NCBI GenBank assembly: GCA_047285305.1
Contig: JBJBDL010000003.1
Span: 224,001-288,000 of the forward strand
Source: Synechococcus sp.
GTDB lineage: Bacteria > Cyanobacteriota > Cyanobacteriia > PCC-6307 > Cyanobiaceae
DNA: 64,000 bases
Reading direction: 5' to 3'
The notes under the pieces were generated by a model that was given only the letters and a program-made list of their open reading frames with translations, was not told the origin of the DNA and made no database searches. Both the position numbers and the translations under genes were made by a program. Positions 32,910 through 43,722 of this stretch are shown piece after piece; the first letter of the stretch is position 1, and every line of letters starts with the position of its first letter.

Positions 32910-33635
32910 ATGGATCTATCCCGCGCCGCAGAGCTCACCGACTTCATCCAACAGCTCGACGCTGAGATTCCAATCAACCCTGAGCTACTGGCCCTGGTGG
33001 ATCAGGCTCTCACCCACGTGTCGAGCGGCCGGGCCCGCAACCTGGAACGGCTGGAGTTTCTTGGTGATGCCGTGCTGCGGCTCGCCGCCACCGAATTCAT
33101 TGATCGTCACCACACCGATCTGGCAGTGGGTGCCTGCTCCAACCTTCGGGCCCAGCTGGTGAGCGATCGCTGGCTGGCGGACGTAGGCGCAGCACTTGGC
33201 ATCGAACAGCATCTGTTGCTGGGGCGGCACGCCCAGGGGGATCGTTCCGCCGAATCCAGGCTGCGAGCCGATGCCACCGAAGCTCTAATCGGTGCGTTGT
33301 ACAGCGCCCACGGCAACGTTGACGCGATTCACCGCTGGCTCACCCCCCACTGGTGCACCACCGCCCAAGCGGTGCTGGCGACTCCCCATCAGTTCGGCGG
33401 CAAAACAGCCCTGCAGGAATGGAGCCAGGGCCAGGGGCTAGGACTGCCCAGCTACGCCACCAATGAATGCAGCCGCCTGCACGGCGACCCCGAACGCTTC
33501 CGCTGCCTGGTGAGCATTCAAGGCCAAGACCTGGCGGAGGCCAAAGGCCGATCCCGCAAGGAGGCCGAGCAAAACGCCGCCTCCGCTGCACTTCAGGCCC
33601 TGGGAGGCAGCAACGCGCCGCAGGCACCGCAGTGA
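32910..33635 (+). CDS. rnc: Ribonuclease III
   Basis: ERLEFLGDAVL signature, ADATEALIGA, C-terminal dsRBD (KTALQEW...SRKEAEQNAA). Confidence 0.93.
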   Translation: MDLSRAAELTDFIQQLDAEIPINPELLALVDQALTHVSSGRARNLERLEFLGDAVLRLAATEFIDRHHTDLAVGACSNLRAQLVSDRWLADVGAALGIEQHLLLGRHAQGDRSAESRLRADATEALIGALYSAHGNVDAIHRWLTPHWCTTAQAVLATPHQFGGKTALQEWSQGQGLGLPSYATNECSRLHGDPERFRCLVSIQGQDLAEAKGRSRKEAEQNAASAALQALGGSNAPQAPQ

Positions 33636-34417
33636 TGGGCATCCCTGCGGTGCCCCCTACGCCCGCAGCTGCTGCAGACCAGCTCAGCCGACCGCTGCTG
33701 GTGATGGCGCACCCCCGACACCGTCAGGATTCCAGTAGGAATGGCAATGATGCAGAAACCTAAGAGCATCACCACCGAAGCCAACAGTCGCCCCAGTTCT
33801 GTCTGAGGCACCACATCGCCGTGGCCGACGGTGGTCATGGTGACAATCGCCCAGTAGACGCCGCTCGCCACCGTCTGGAACTGGAGTCGGGCCGAGCACT
33901 ATCGATCACAACAATGCTGTAGCCGAGCACCACCTACAGCAGAAAGACGAAGAACAAAAAGGTTCCGATGGTGCAGGCACTTCCTCGCAGGGCCTGCACC
34001 AGAACGCGGGCTTCATCGATGAAATTGAGCAGCTTGAACGCCCGCAGGATGCGGCCGAACTTGAACACCCACAGCAGCAACTCACTGCACACCTGCGGCA
34101 CGAAGAAAAATAGGACTGCCGAGGCGTCCATCAGTCCGGTGACGCTGAACAGGTAGGGGCGAGGCTTCTCCACCAAGGACAGATGAAGAAAGAAATCCGC
34201 AGCAAGCACGGCCAAGCAAACGTTCCGAACCAGATCGATCCAGGGCACATTGGTTTGGCTCAGGGCTGAATTACCCAGGGGGTCGGGTTCCAGCAGAAGG
34301 GCCAGAACACTCTTAAGAATCGCCCCGAAAATGACAGCGTTGTAGGTCTTGCCCCTCCGGGTGCTGGCTCCAGCACCGTGGCTGCAGCCATTGTCGCAGC
34401 CTTCAATGGGTGTCCAT
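33593..34417 (-). pseudogene. Voltage-gated K+ channel / ion transporter pseudogene
   Basis: S4-like GRILRAFKLL and pore YWAIVTMTTVGHGD. In-frame TAG at 33934-33936, a 1-nt frameshift near 33882 and further lesions near the 5' end. Confidence 0.8.
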
Positions 34418-34421
34418 CGCC

Positions 34422-34607
34422 TCAGGCCGGCTGGAGGTCCTTCAAGCGCAGGGTCACCAACTTGTCCCAGTTGCCACCTTCGAACAAAACGGCCGCACGA
34501 TCGCCGCTGATTCGCTGCACGAAGCCGTTGTAACCGTTGTAGATCGAGGTGACATCCGACACGGTGACGGTGGAGCCGGGGAGGATCGGAGCGGTTGCAG
34601 GCGCCAT
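34422..34607 (-). CDS. ndhS: NDH-1 subunit NdhS
   Basis: ILPGSTVTV...[32 protein letters not shown], 61 aa. Confidence 0.92.
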   Translation of the reverse strand: MAPATAPILPGSTVTVSDVTSIYNGYNGFVQRISGDRAAVLFEGGNWDKLVTLRLKDLQPA

Positions 34608-34662
34608 GGCTCGTTCGCGGATGGGTCTGGCGCCATTATCGGCAGAGTGCGCGGCGGATGGC

Positions 34663-35196
34663 ATGGCGGAGAGCAATGAATGGCTCAGCGTCGGCAAGAT
34701 CGTGGGGGTCCAGGGGCTGCAGGGGGAACTGCGGGTCAATCCCGCCAGTGATTTCCCCGAGCGATTCACGGCGCCGGGACCCCGCTGGCTGCGGAGTCGC
34801 AAGGGGGGTGAGCCGACGGAAATCCAGCTCAAAAAAGGCCGGCGACTGCCCGGCAAGTCGCTTTTTGTGGTGAGGCTTGAAGGAATTGACAGTCGCAACG
34901 CCGCCGAAACCCTTGTGGGCCATGAACTGCTGGTATCAGCAGATGACCGGCCCGAATTGGAAGAAGGGGAATTTCACCTGCTCGATCTGCTGGGCCTGGA
35001 GGCACGGCTCGCGGCCGGTGGACCTGCCGTTGGCACCGTGAGCGACCTGATCAGTGGCGGCAACGACCTGCTGGAAATCACCACATCGGAAGGCCGCAAG
35101 CTGCTGATTCCCTTCGTGGAGGCGATCGTGCCGGAGGTGCAATTGGAGGAGGGCTGGCTGCTGCTCACCCCACCACCGGGTCTGCTGGAGCTCTGA
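34663..35196 (+). CDS. rimM: Ribosome maturation factor RimM
   Basis: [34 protein letters not shown]. Confidence 0.92.
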   Translation: MAESNEWLSVGKIVGVQGLQGELRVNPASDFPERFTAPGPRWLRSRKGGEPTEIQLKKGRRLPGKSLFVVRLEGIDSRNAAETLVGHELLVSADDRPELEEGEFHLLDLLGLEARLAAGGPAVGTVSDLISGGNDLLEITTSEGRKLLIPFVEAIVPEVQLEEGWLLLTPPPGLLEL

Positions 35197-35266
35197 CAGA
35201 TCTCTCTCGGGGCATCGACAGAACCCCCTAGGGCGAGCGATTCTGGGGCGCTGCTTTCAGGACGTG

Positions 35267-36727
35267 ATGGCCTCCACACCGCTGATCCCTGTGATCCTTT
35301 GCGGAGGCACCGGCACACGGCTTTGGCCGCTGTCGCGGGCCAGTTACCCCAAGCAGTACTGGCCGTTGAGCGGAGACGGCGAGGCCACTTTGCTGCAGCA
35401 GACCCAACAGCGGCTTCAGGGCCTGGATGCCCTTGCCGCTCCCCTGCTGATCTGCAATGAAGACCACCGCTTCATCGTGGCCGAACAGATGCGCCAGATC
35501 GGCGTGGAGCCCAACGCGATCCTGCTGGAACCTATGGGCCGCAACACCGCACCGGCGGTGACCGTGGCCGCACTGCAGGCCACAGCCAACGGCGAGGACC
35601 CGCTGCTGCTGATACTGGCAGCGGATCACCTAATCCGCGATGCCGCCCAATTCCGCCAGGCCATCAACGCCGGCCGCAAGCCAGCCGAAGAGGGCCGCCT
35701 GGTGACCTTCGGCATCGTGCCGACGGCCCCGGAAACCGGCTACGGCTACATCGAAGCCAGCGAACCCTTCTCGCTTGGGGGACCCGTCCACGTGCCGATC
35801 AAGCGCTTCGTGGAGAAGCCGGACAAGGCCACAGCAGAGCAATTCCTGGCCACCGGCCGCTTCACCTGGAACAGCGGCATGTTCCTGTTCCGCGCCAGCG
35901 CCATGCTGGCGGAACTGGAGCGGTTAGCCCCGGAAGTGGTGAGCTGCTGCCGGGCAGCACTGGAGCAGGACACGGCCGACCTGGAGTTCCATCGGCTGGA
36001 GCGGGAGGCCTTCGCCAAGTGCCCCAACGTGGCCATTGACGTGGCCGTGATGGAGAAAACGGAACTGGGCAGCGTGCTGCCGCTGGATGCCGGCTGGAGC
36101 GACGTGGGCAGCTGGAGCGCACTCTGGGAAACATCAGAGCAAAAGGATTCCCAAGGCAATGTGCTGCAGGGCCACGTGATTGCCGAAGGCAGCCGCGATT
36201 GCTATTTGCGCAGCGAACACCGCCTGGTGGTGGGGCTGGGGGTAGAAAACCTGGTTGTGGTGGAAACCGACGACGCCGTGTTGATTGCGGATCGCTCCAA
36301 GGCCCAGGAGATCAAAACAGTGGTGAAGCAACTTGAGGCCGCCGGCAGCCCGGAGGGCAAGGCGCACCGCAAGATCTACCGCCCCTGGGGCCATTACACC
36401 GGCGTCACCGAAGGAACGCGCTGGCAGGTGAAACGGATCTCAGTGAAACCCGGCGCCAGCCTCTCGCTGCAGATGCACCACCACCGGGCCGAGCACTGGG
36501 TGGTGGTGAAGGGCACAGCCCTGGTGGAGCGCGACGGCACTGAGCAGCTGGTGGGGGAAAACCAGAGCACCTACATCCCGATGGGTTGCAAACACCGCCT
36601 CTCCAATCCTGGTCGGATCCCCGTGGAACTGATCGAGGTTCAGAGCGGCGAGTACCTCGGTGAAGACGACATCGTGCGCTTCCAGGACCGCTACGGCCGC
36701 AGTGATCTCAGCATCAGCGTCAGCTGA
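35267..36727 (+). CDS. manC: Mannose-1-phosphate guanylyltransferase / mannose-6-phosphate isomerase
   Basis: ILCGGTGTRLWPLSR, LEPMGRNTAPA, WNSGMF, WSDVGSW, RPWG and cupin HHHRAEHW. Confidence 0.94.
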   Translation: MASTPLIPVILCGGTGTRLWPLSRASYPKQYWPLSGDGEATLLQQTQQRLQGLDALAAPLLICNEDHRFIVAEQMRQIGVEPNAILLEPMGRNTAPAVTVAALQATANGEDPLLLILAADHLIRDAAQFRQAINAGRKPAEEGRLVTFGIVPTAPETGYGYIEASEPFSLGGPVHVPIKRFVEKPDKATAEQFLATGRFTWNSGMFLFRASAMLAELERLAPEVVSCCRAALEQDTADLEFHRLEREAFAKCPNVAIDVAVMEKTELGSVLPLDAGWSDVGSWSALWETSEQKDSQGNVLQGHVIAEGSRDCYLRSEHRLVVGLGVENLVVVETDDAVLIADRSKAQEIKTVVKQLEAAGSPEGKAHRKIYRPWGHYTGVTEGTRWQVKRISVKPGASLSLQMHHHRAEHWVVVKGTALVERDGTEQLVGENQSTYIPMGCKHRLSNPGRIPVELIEVQSGEYLGEDDIVRFQDRYGRSDLSISVS

Positions 36728-36730
36728 GAC

Positions 36731-38620
36731 TCACTCCACCGTGACGCTCTTGGCCAGGTTGCGGGGTTGATCCACATCCAGGCCGCGATGGGCGGCGATG
36801 TGATAGCTCAGCAACTGCATCGGCACCACGGCGAACAGAGGGCTGATCCACTCACTCACAGAGGGCACCGGCAACAGTTCATCAAACAAATCGGTGTCGG
36901 GCCCCTGGGGCGCCACACCGATCAGCTGAGCGTCGCGGGCCTTGGCTTCCTGGGCGTTGCTGAGCACCTTCTCGAAGACCACACCGGGCACAGCGATCGA
37001 CACCACCGGCACGCGGGAATCCAGCAAGGCGATCGGGCCGTGCTTCATCTCCCCGGCCGGATAGCCCTCGGCATGGATGTAGCTGATTTCCTTGAGCTTC
37101 AACGCCCCCTCCAAGGCAATCGGATAGTTGATTCCACGGCCCAAGAAAATCACGTCCTGGATGTCGGCAAAGCGATGGGCCAGGGCTGCGGAGCGCTTGT
37201 CGTGGAGCTCCACCAGCTGGCGCAACTGCTGGGGCAGGCCGCGCAGTTCGTCCGCCAAGGCATTGATCTCAGCCGCCGGGCGAGAGCCACGGCGGGCCGC
37301 AAAGGCCATCGCCAGGCCATAAAAGGCCAACAACTGGCCGAGGAAAGTCTTGGTGGCTGCCACGCCCACTTCGATGCCAGCCCCGATGTCGAGGATGTGG
37401 GGCACCTGGCGTGAGAGAGAACTTTCGGGACGGTTGGTCACCCCAAGCTGGCGGGGGGCAAAGGCTGGATCCCCATGGGCCAGACGCCGCTCGGACTCCA
37501 TGGCCAGAGCCGCAAGGGTGTCGGCCGTTTCACCGGACTGGGTCACCCCAATCGTGAGGGTGTGGGGAGCCAGCGGCGGCGGCGCATAGCGGAACTCACT
37601 GGCGTAGTGCACCGATGTGGGCATCCCGGCGAACTGCTCCAGCAGGTAAGCCCCCACCATCGCGGCATGGCGGCTGGTACCACAGGCCAGAATTTGTATC
37701 CGTTCAATCCCGGCGTAGAAGGCATCGTCCATCGGCAACGCCACCGGCTGTTCTGGTGGCAGTCCCTGGGGCAGATGGCGCGCGACCCATAGTTCTGCGG
37801 TCTCCGGTTGCTCATGGATTTCCTTGAGCATGAAGTGACGGAACTCGCGTTTGTCGGCCACGTGATCCGCACCGCTGAGCTGGGTGGGCATGCGCTGCTG
37901 GCGCACCCCCACGGCGTCGTAGAGCTCCACCCCCAGAGGTGAGAGCAAGGCCACCTCGCCGTCTTCCATCGGCAGGATCGTGCGGGTAAACCCTGCCAGG
38001 GCCGGTGTGTCGCTGGCACAGAGGAATTCCCCTTCACCCAAGCCGATCAACAAGGGGGCTGCCTTACGGGCCACCACCAAAGCCCCCGGCGCCTGATCCC
38101 AAATCACCGCAAGGGCATAGGCCCCCTGCAGCTTGGGCAGCACCCGCTGCAGAGCCTCCAGCAACAGCCCACCGCCAGGGGTCGCGCCCGCAGCTTGCAG
38201 CTGCTGCAGTTCCGCAGCCAGCAGGTGAGGAATCACCTCGGTGTCGGTTTCCGACTGGAACACCACCCCAGAAGCCTCCAGCTGCTCCCGCAGAGCACGG
38301 TGGTTCTCAATGATTCCGTTCTGCACCACCGCCAGCGCGCCATCGCCGCTGCGGTGCGGATGGGCATTGCGCTCTTCCGGTTTGCCATGGGTGGCCCAGC
38401 GGGTGTGGCCAATGCCGCATTGCCCGGGAGCGCCCTCGGCTTCAAAACAGGCCGTCAGGTTCCGGAGCTTGCCCTTGGCCCGAAGACAGGTCAGCTGCCC
38501 CTGCCCCGCGACCGTGGCAATCCCAGCGGAGTCGTAACCGCGATACTCCAGCTGGCGAAGGCCCTCCAGGAGCTGGGGTGCCGCTTCGCGGGAGCCCACC
38601 AGGGCAACGATTCCGCACAT
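36731..38620 (-). CDS. glmS: Glutamine--fructose-6-phosphate aminotransferase
   Basis: MCGIV N-terminus, YRGYDSAG, GHTRWATHG, QSGETADT, DQPRNLAKSVTVE. Confidence 0.97.
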   Translation of the reverse strand: MCGIVALVGSREAAPQLLEGLRQLEYRGYDSAGIATVAGQGQLTCLRAKGKLRNLTACFEAEGAPGQCGIGHTRWATHGKPEERNAHPHRSGDGALAVVQNGIIENHRALREQLEASGVVFQSETDTEVIPHLLAAELQQLQAAGATPGGGLLLEALQRVLPKLQGAYALAVIWDQAPGALVVARKAAPLLIGLGEGEFLCASDTPALAGFTRTILPMEDGEVALLSPLGVELYDAVGVRQQRMPTQLSGADHVADKREFRHFMLKEIHEQPETAELWVARHLPQGLPPEQPVALPMDDAFYAGIERIQILACGTSRHAAMVGAYLLEQFAGMPTSVHYASEFRYAPPPLAPHTLTIGVTQSGETADTLAALAMESERRLAHGDPAFAPRQLGVTNRPESSLSRQVPHILDIGAGIEVGVAATKTFLGQLLAFYGLAMAFAARRGSRPAAEINALADELRGLPQQLRQLVELHDKRSAALAHRFADIQDVIFLGRGINYPIALEGALKLKEISYIHAEGYPAGEMKHGPIALLDSRVPVVSIAVPGVVFEKVLSNAQEAKARDAQLIGVAPQGPDTDLFDELLPVPSVSEWISPLFAVVPMQLLSYHIAAHRGLDVDQPRNLAKSVTVE

Positions 38621-38622
38621 AC

Positions 38623-38646
38623 AAAAAAGCCCGGCTTAAGCCGGGC
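38623..38646 (-). terminator. Intrinsic terminator after psaC
   Basis: Perfect 18-bp palindrome GCCCGGCTTAAGCCGGGC followed by T6 on the minus strand. Confidence 0.75.
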
Positions 38647-38673
38647 CGAGCTTATGAGACGAAAAGGGGCGAA

Positions 38674-39063
<390 letters not shown>

Positions 39064-39065
39064 CT

Positions 39066-39308
39066 ATGTCCCAGGAAGCGATTCTCGAAAAGGTGCGCTC
39101 AATCGTTGCGGAGCAACTGAGTGTTGACTCCGGCGAAGTGAAGCCCGAATCCAACTTCCAGAACGATCTGGGTGCTGATTCTCTGGACACCGTGGAACTC
39201 GTGATGGCCCTTGAAGAGGCCTTTGACATCGAGATTCCCGACGAAGCAGCTGAAGGCATCACCACCGTTGGTGACGCCGTCAAATACATCGAAGACAAGC
39301 AGGCCTGA
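39066..39308 (+). CDS. acpP: Acyl carrier protein
   Basis: [18 protein letters not shown]. Confidence 0.97.
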   Translation: MSQEAILEKVRSIVAEQLSVDSGEVKPESNFQNDLGADSLDTVELVMALEEAFDIEIPDEAAEGITTVGDAVKYIEDKQA

Positions 39309-39316
39309 GCAACGCA

Positions 39317-40564
39317 ATGGTGGATGGTCTCCATCGCGTCGTCATTACCGGCCTCGGCGCGGTCACACCGATCGGCAACACGGTTCAGGACTATTGGAAT
39401 GGCCTCACCTCCGGCAGCAACGGAGTTGAGGCCATCACCCTGTTCGATGCATCCGAGCACGCCTGTCGCTTTGCGGCGGAGGTGAAGGATTTCGATCCGT
39501 CCGGCTTCATCGAACCGAAGGAAGCCAAGCGCTGGGATCGGTTCTGCAAGTTCGGCGTGGTAGCTGCCAAACAGGCTGTTGCCCATGCCGGCCTTGAGAT
39601 CAACGACGAGAACGCGGATCGAATTGGCACGATCATTGGCTCTGGCGTCGGCGGCCTGCTGACGATGGAGACCCAAGCCCACGTGCTTGAGGGTCGTGGG
39701 CCGGGACGGGTGAGCCCGTTCACAGTGCCAATGATGATTCCCAACATGGCCACGGGCCTCGCTGCCATTGCCCTGGGCACCAAGGGACCCAGCTCCGCTG
39801 TGGCTACCGCATGCGCTGCCGGCTCCAATGCTGTTGGCGATGCCTTCCGCCTGCTTCAAATGGGCAAAGCCGACGCGATGGTGTGCGGTGGCGCCGAATC
39901 GGCGATCACCCCGCTGGGAGTGGCCGGCTTCGCCAGTGCCAAGGCCTTGTCGTTCCGTAATGACGACCCTGCCACCGCCAGCCGTCCATTCGACAAGGAG
40001 CGCGATGGCTTCGTGATCGGTGAAGGTGCCGGTGTGCTGGTGCTCGAAACCCTCGAGCACGCCCAGGCCCGTGGCGCCACGATCCTTGGTGAAGTGGTGG
40101 GTTACGGCATGACCTGCGACGCACACCACATCACCTCCCCCACACCCGGCGGCGTCGGTGGCGCCGAGGCGATGCGCCTTGCCCTGGCCGATGGCGGCAT
40201 TGATCCATCCGGAATCGACTACGTCAACGCCCACGGCACCAGCACCCCGGCGAACGACAAAAACGAAACCTCGGCGATCAAAAGCGCCCTGGGTGAACGT
40301 GCACTGCAGATTCCGGTGAGCTCCACCAAATCGATGACCGGTCACCTGCTGGGTGGTTCTGGTGGCATCGAGGCCGTGGCCTGCGTGCTGGCACTGCAGC
40401 ACGGCGTCGTGCCCCCCACGATCAACCACACCACCCCGGATCCCGACTGTGATCTGGATGTCGTGCCCAACGAGGCGCGGGATCAGACACTGGGAACTGT
40501 CTTGTCCAACTCCTTCGGCTTTGGCGGCCACAACGTCTGCCTGGCATTCAAACGCGCCAGCTGA
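39317..40564 (+). CDS. fabF: Beta-ketoacyl-ACP synthase II
   Basis: RVVITGLG, TACAAG, NAHGTST, KSMTGHLLG, NSFGFGGHN. Confidence 0.96.
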   Translation: MVDGLHRVVITGLGAVTPIGNTVQDYWNGLTSGSNGVEAITLFDASEHACRFAAEVKDFDPSGFIEPKEAKRWDRFCKFGVVAAKQAVAHAGLEINDENADRIGTIIGSGVGGLLTMETQAHVLEGRGPGRVSPFTVPMMIPNMATGLAAIALGTKGPSSAVATACAAGSNAVGDAFRLLQMGKADAMVCGGAESAITPLGVAGFASAKALSFRNDDPATASRPFDKERDGFVIGEGAGVLVLETLEHAQARGATILGEVVGYGMTCDAHHITSPTPGGVGGAEAMRLALADGGIDPSGIDYVNAHGTSTPANDKNETSAIKSALGERALQIPVSSTKSMTGHLLGGSGGIEAVACVLALQHGVVPPTINHTTPDPDCDLDVVPNEARDQTLGTVLSNSFGFGGHNVCLAFKRAS

Positions 40565-40618
40565 GCCTTACCGCTCACGCCGTGCGTCAAAATCGCTTCA
40601 ACTTTTCTTCTTAACACC

Positions 40619-42628
40619 ATGGTCGCTGCGCCTGCGTCTCTCGACACGCTCTGCATCAACAGCATTCGGATGCTGGCTGTCGACGCCATCAACAAGTCCA
40701 ACAGCGGCCACCCCGGCCTGCCGATGGGCTGCGCACCCATGGGTTATGCGCTCTGGGACAAGTTCCTCAAGCACAACCCCAAGAACCCCAAGTGGTTCAA
40801 CCGCGACCGCTTCGTGCTCTCCGCCGGTCATGGCTGCATGCTGCTGTACGCGCTGCTGCACCTCACCGGTTACGACTCAGTGTCCATTGAGGACATCAAG
40901 CAGTTCCGCCAGTGGGGCTCCAAGACTCCCGGTCACCCCGAAACCTTCGAAACTCCTGGTGTTGAAGTGACCACCGGCCCCCTGGGTGCCGGCATCTCCA
41001 ACGCCGTGGGTCTGGCCATCGCTGAATCCCACCTGGGGGCCAAGTTCAACAAGGCCGACGCCACCGTGGTGGATCACTACACCTACGTGATCATGGGCGA
41101 CGGCTGCAATCAGGAGGGTGTGTCCTCCGAAGCGGCCTCCCTGGCTGGTCACCTGAAGCTGGGCAAGCTGATCGCGCTGTACGACGACAACAGCATCACC
41201 ATCGACGGCCGCACCGACGTGTCCTTCACCGAGGACGTGCTGAAGCGCTACGAGGCCTACGGCTGGCACGTTCAGCACGTGGCTGAGGGCAACACCGATG
41301 TGGATGCCATCGCCAAGGCGATCGAAGCCGCCAAGGCCGTGACCGACAAGCCGTCAATCATCAAGGTGACCACCACCATCGGCTACGGCTCTCCCAACAA
41401 GGCCGACACCGCCGGTGTTCACGGCGCTGCCCTGGGTGAAGAGGAAGCAGCTCTCACGCGTCAGCAACTGGGTTGGGACTACGCCCCCTTCGAAATTCCC
41501 CAGGACGCCTACGACCAGTTCCGCCAGGCCATCAACCGCGGCGCCAGCCTCGAGGCCGAGTGGAACCAGACCCTGGCCACCTACCGCACCAAGTACCCCA
41601 AGGAAGCTGCCGAGTTCGAGCGGATGCTGCGCGGTGAGCTGCCCGAGGGTTGGGACAAGGATCTGCCCACCTACACCCCTGGAGACGGTGGCCTGGCCAC
41701 CCGCAAGCACTCCCAGATCTGCCTGGGTGCTTTGGGCCCCAACCTGCCCGAGCTGATCGGCGGCTCGGCTGACCTCACCCACTCCAACTACACGGACATC
41801 AAGGGAGAGACCGGCTCCTATCAGGCCAGCAGCCCTGAGAAGCGCTACCTGCACTTCGGTGTGCGCGAGCACGCGATGGCCGCCATCCTCAACGGCATCG
41901 CCTATCACAACAGCGGCTTGATCCCCTATGGCGGCACCTTCCTGGTGTTCGCCGATTACATGCGCGGTTCCATGCGCCTGTCGGCCCTGAGTGAACTGGG
42001 TGTGATCTACGTGCTCACCCACGACTCCATCGGTGTCGGCGAAGACGGCCCCACCCACCAGCCGATCGAGACCATTCCCTCCCTGCGGGCGATGCCGAAC
42101 ATGCTGGTGTTCCGTCCTGGAGATGGCAACGAAACAAGTGGTGCTTATAAGGTTGCGATCCAAAACCGAAAGCGCCCCAGCTCCCTTTGCCTCAGCCGCC
42201 AGGGGATGGCCAACCAGGCCAATTCCTCCATCGACAAGGTGGCCCTGGGTGGTTACGTACTGGAAGACTGCGCTGGAACTCCCGATCTAATCCTGATCGG
42301 AACCGGAACAGAGCTTGATCTCTGCGTGCAAGCCGCCAAACAATTAACGACAGAAGGGAAAAAGGTACGGGTGGTATCAATGCCTTGTGTCGAGCTGTTC
42401 GACGAACAGACAGACGCCTACAAGGAAGAAGTACTTCCGAACGCTGTGCGGAAGCGCATGGTTGTTGAAGCAGCTGAGTCATTCGGTTGGCACCGATTCA
42501 TTGGACTGGATGGAGATACCGTCACCATGAACCGGTTCGGCGCTTCTGCACCAGGTGGAACCTGTCTGAAAGAATTCGGCTTCACTGTTGACAACGTAGT
42601 GTCTAAGGCGAAACAACTACTGAACTGA
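40619..42628 (+). CDS. tktA: Transketolase
   Basis: [42 protein letters not shown]. Confidence 0.97.
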   Translation: MVAAPASLDTLCINSIRMLAVDAINKSNSGHPGLPMGCAPMGYALWDKFLKHNPKNPKWFNRDRFVLSAGHGCMLLYALLHLTGYDSVSIEDIKQFRQWGSKTPGHPETFETPGVEVTTGPLGAGISNAVGLAIAESHLGAKFNKADATVVDHYTYVIMGDGCNQEGVSSEAASLAGHLKLGKLIALYDDNSITIDGRTDVSFTEDVLKRYEAYGWHVQHVAEGNTDVDAIAKAIEAAKAVTDKPSIIKVTTTIGYGSPNKADTAGVHGAALGEEEAALTRQQLGWDYAPFEIPQDAYDQFRQAINRGASLEAEWNQTLATYRTKYPKEAAEFERMLRGELPEGWDKDLPTYTPGDGGLATRKHSQICLGALGPNLPELIGGSADLTHSNYTDIKGETGSYQASSPEKRYLHFGVREHAMAAILNGIAYHNSGLIPYGGTFLVFADYMRGSMRLSALSELGVIYVLTHDSIGVGEDGPTHQPIETIPSLRAMPNMLVFRPGDGNETSGAYKVAIQNRKRPSSLCLSRQGMANQANSSIDKVALGGYVLEDCAGTPDLILIGTGTELDLCVQAAKQLTTEGKKVRVVSMPCVELFDEQTDAYKEEVLPNAVRKRMVVEAAESFGWHRFIGLDGDTVTMNRFGASAPGGTCLKEFGFTVDNVVSKAKQLLN

Positions 42629-42655
42629 AACCATCCTAGATTCAGAAAAGCCCAT

Positions 42656-42682
42656 GGAGCTCTCTAGGAGGGCTCCTTTTTT
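42656..42682 (+). terminator. Intrinsic terminator after tktA at the island boundary
   Basis: GGAGCTCT-ctagg-AGGGCTCC hairpin followed by T6. Confidence 0.65.
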
Positions 42683-42694
42683 GTCAACAAAGCC

Positions 42695-43714
42695 ATGGCC
42701 TTCGATTCCAATACAAAACTACTGATTACCGGAGGGACCGGAAGCTTTGGCAAAGCATTTATCAAAAAAATACTGGAAAAACATGCAAACATACGAAGAT
42801 TAGTTATATATAGTAGGGACGAGCTGAAGCAGTGGGAGCTACAACAAATTTTCCCACGCGAAAAGTATCCACAACTTAGATTCTTCTTGGGCGATGTACG
42901 TGATCAGGATCGACTGAGAAGAGCACTAGAGGGGGTAGATACAGTCGTGCACGCTGCCGCACTAAAACAAGTCCCTGCGGCAGAATACAATCCAATTGAA
43001 TTTGTGAAAACAAATGTACTTGGAGCAGAGAATATAATCCAAGCATGCATGGACACTTCCGTGAAAAGGGTTGTAGCACTAAGCACAGACAAAGCAGCAG
43101 CCCCTATTAACCTTTATGGAGCAACAAAACTATGCTCTGACAAATTGTTTGTAGCAGCAAATAATATAAAAGGACGAAGAGATTTAAAGTTTTCGGTTGT
43201 AAGGTATGGGAACGTGATGGGATCGAGAGGCTCAGTAATACCATTCTTTTTAGAAAAGGCTAAAACAGGCGTATTGCCGATAACGGACGAAAGAATGACA
43301 AGATTCAACATAACAATAAGAGAGGGAGTTGAAATGGTGATATGGACATTAAACAACGCATTAGGCGGCGAGGTATTTGTTCCCAAAATACCAAGTTACA
43401 GAATAATTGATGTAGCAAAAGCAATCGGTCCAAAATGCAAAAGAGAAGTCGTTGGAATACGCCCGGGCGAAAAAATACATGAAGAAATGATCACAAGCTC
43501 TGACAGCTATACGACAATTGACCTAGGAAAGTATTTTGCCATACTTTCAAGCGATGGATCAACACGAAGAGAATACATAAAACACGGAAAAACATTCGAG
43601 CCAGTCACTGATGGCTATTCATATAATTCAGGAAATAATGTGGAATTCCTAAGCGTGGAACAAATACGAGAGCTCATCAAAGAGAATATCGACAATAACT
43701 TTGAACCTGTCTAG
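42695..43714 (+). CDS. pseB: UDP-N-acetylglucosamine 4,6-dehydratase (inverting)
   Basis: TGGTGSFG, YSRDELKQ, HAAALKQVPAAEYNP, LSTDKA, YGATK, RYGNVMGSRGSVIP, RPGEKIHE. Confidence 0.9.
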   Translation: MAFDSNTKLLITGGTGSFGKAFIKKILEKHANIRRLVIYSRDELKQWELQQIFPREKYPQLRFFLGDVRDQDRLRRALEGVDTVVHAAALKQVPAAEYNPIEFVKTNVLGAENIIQACMDTSVKRVVALSTDKAAAPINLYGATKLCSDKLFVAANNIKGRRDLKFSVVRYGNVMGSRGSVIPFFLEKAKTGVLPITDERMTRFNITIREGVEMVIWTLNNALGGEVFVPKIPSYRIIDVAKAIGPKCKREVVGIRPGEKIHEEMITSSDSYTTIDLGKYFAILSSDGSTRREYIKHGKTFEPVTDGYSYNSGNNVEFLSVEQIRELIKENIDNNFEPV

Positions 43715-43722
43715 AAAGCAAA

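Noticed and set aside
38621..38673. glmS ribozyme upstream of glmS
   Set aside because: The spacer is only about 50 nt and contains a simple terminator; no ribozyme core.
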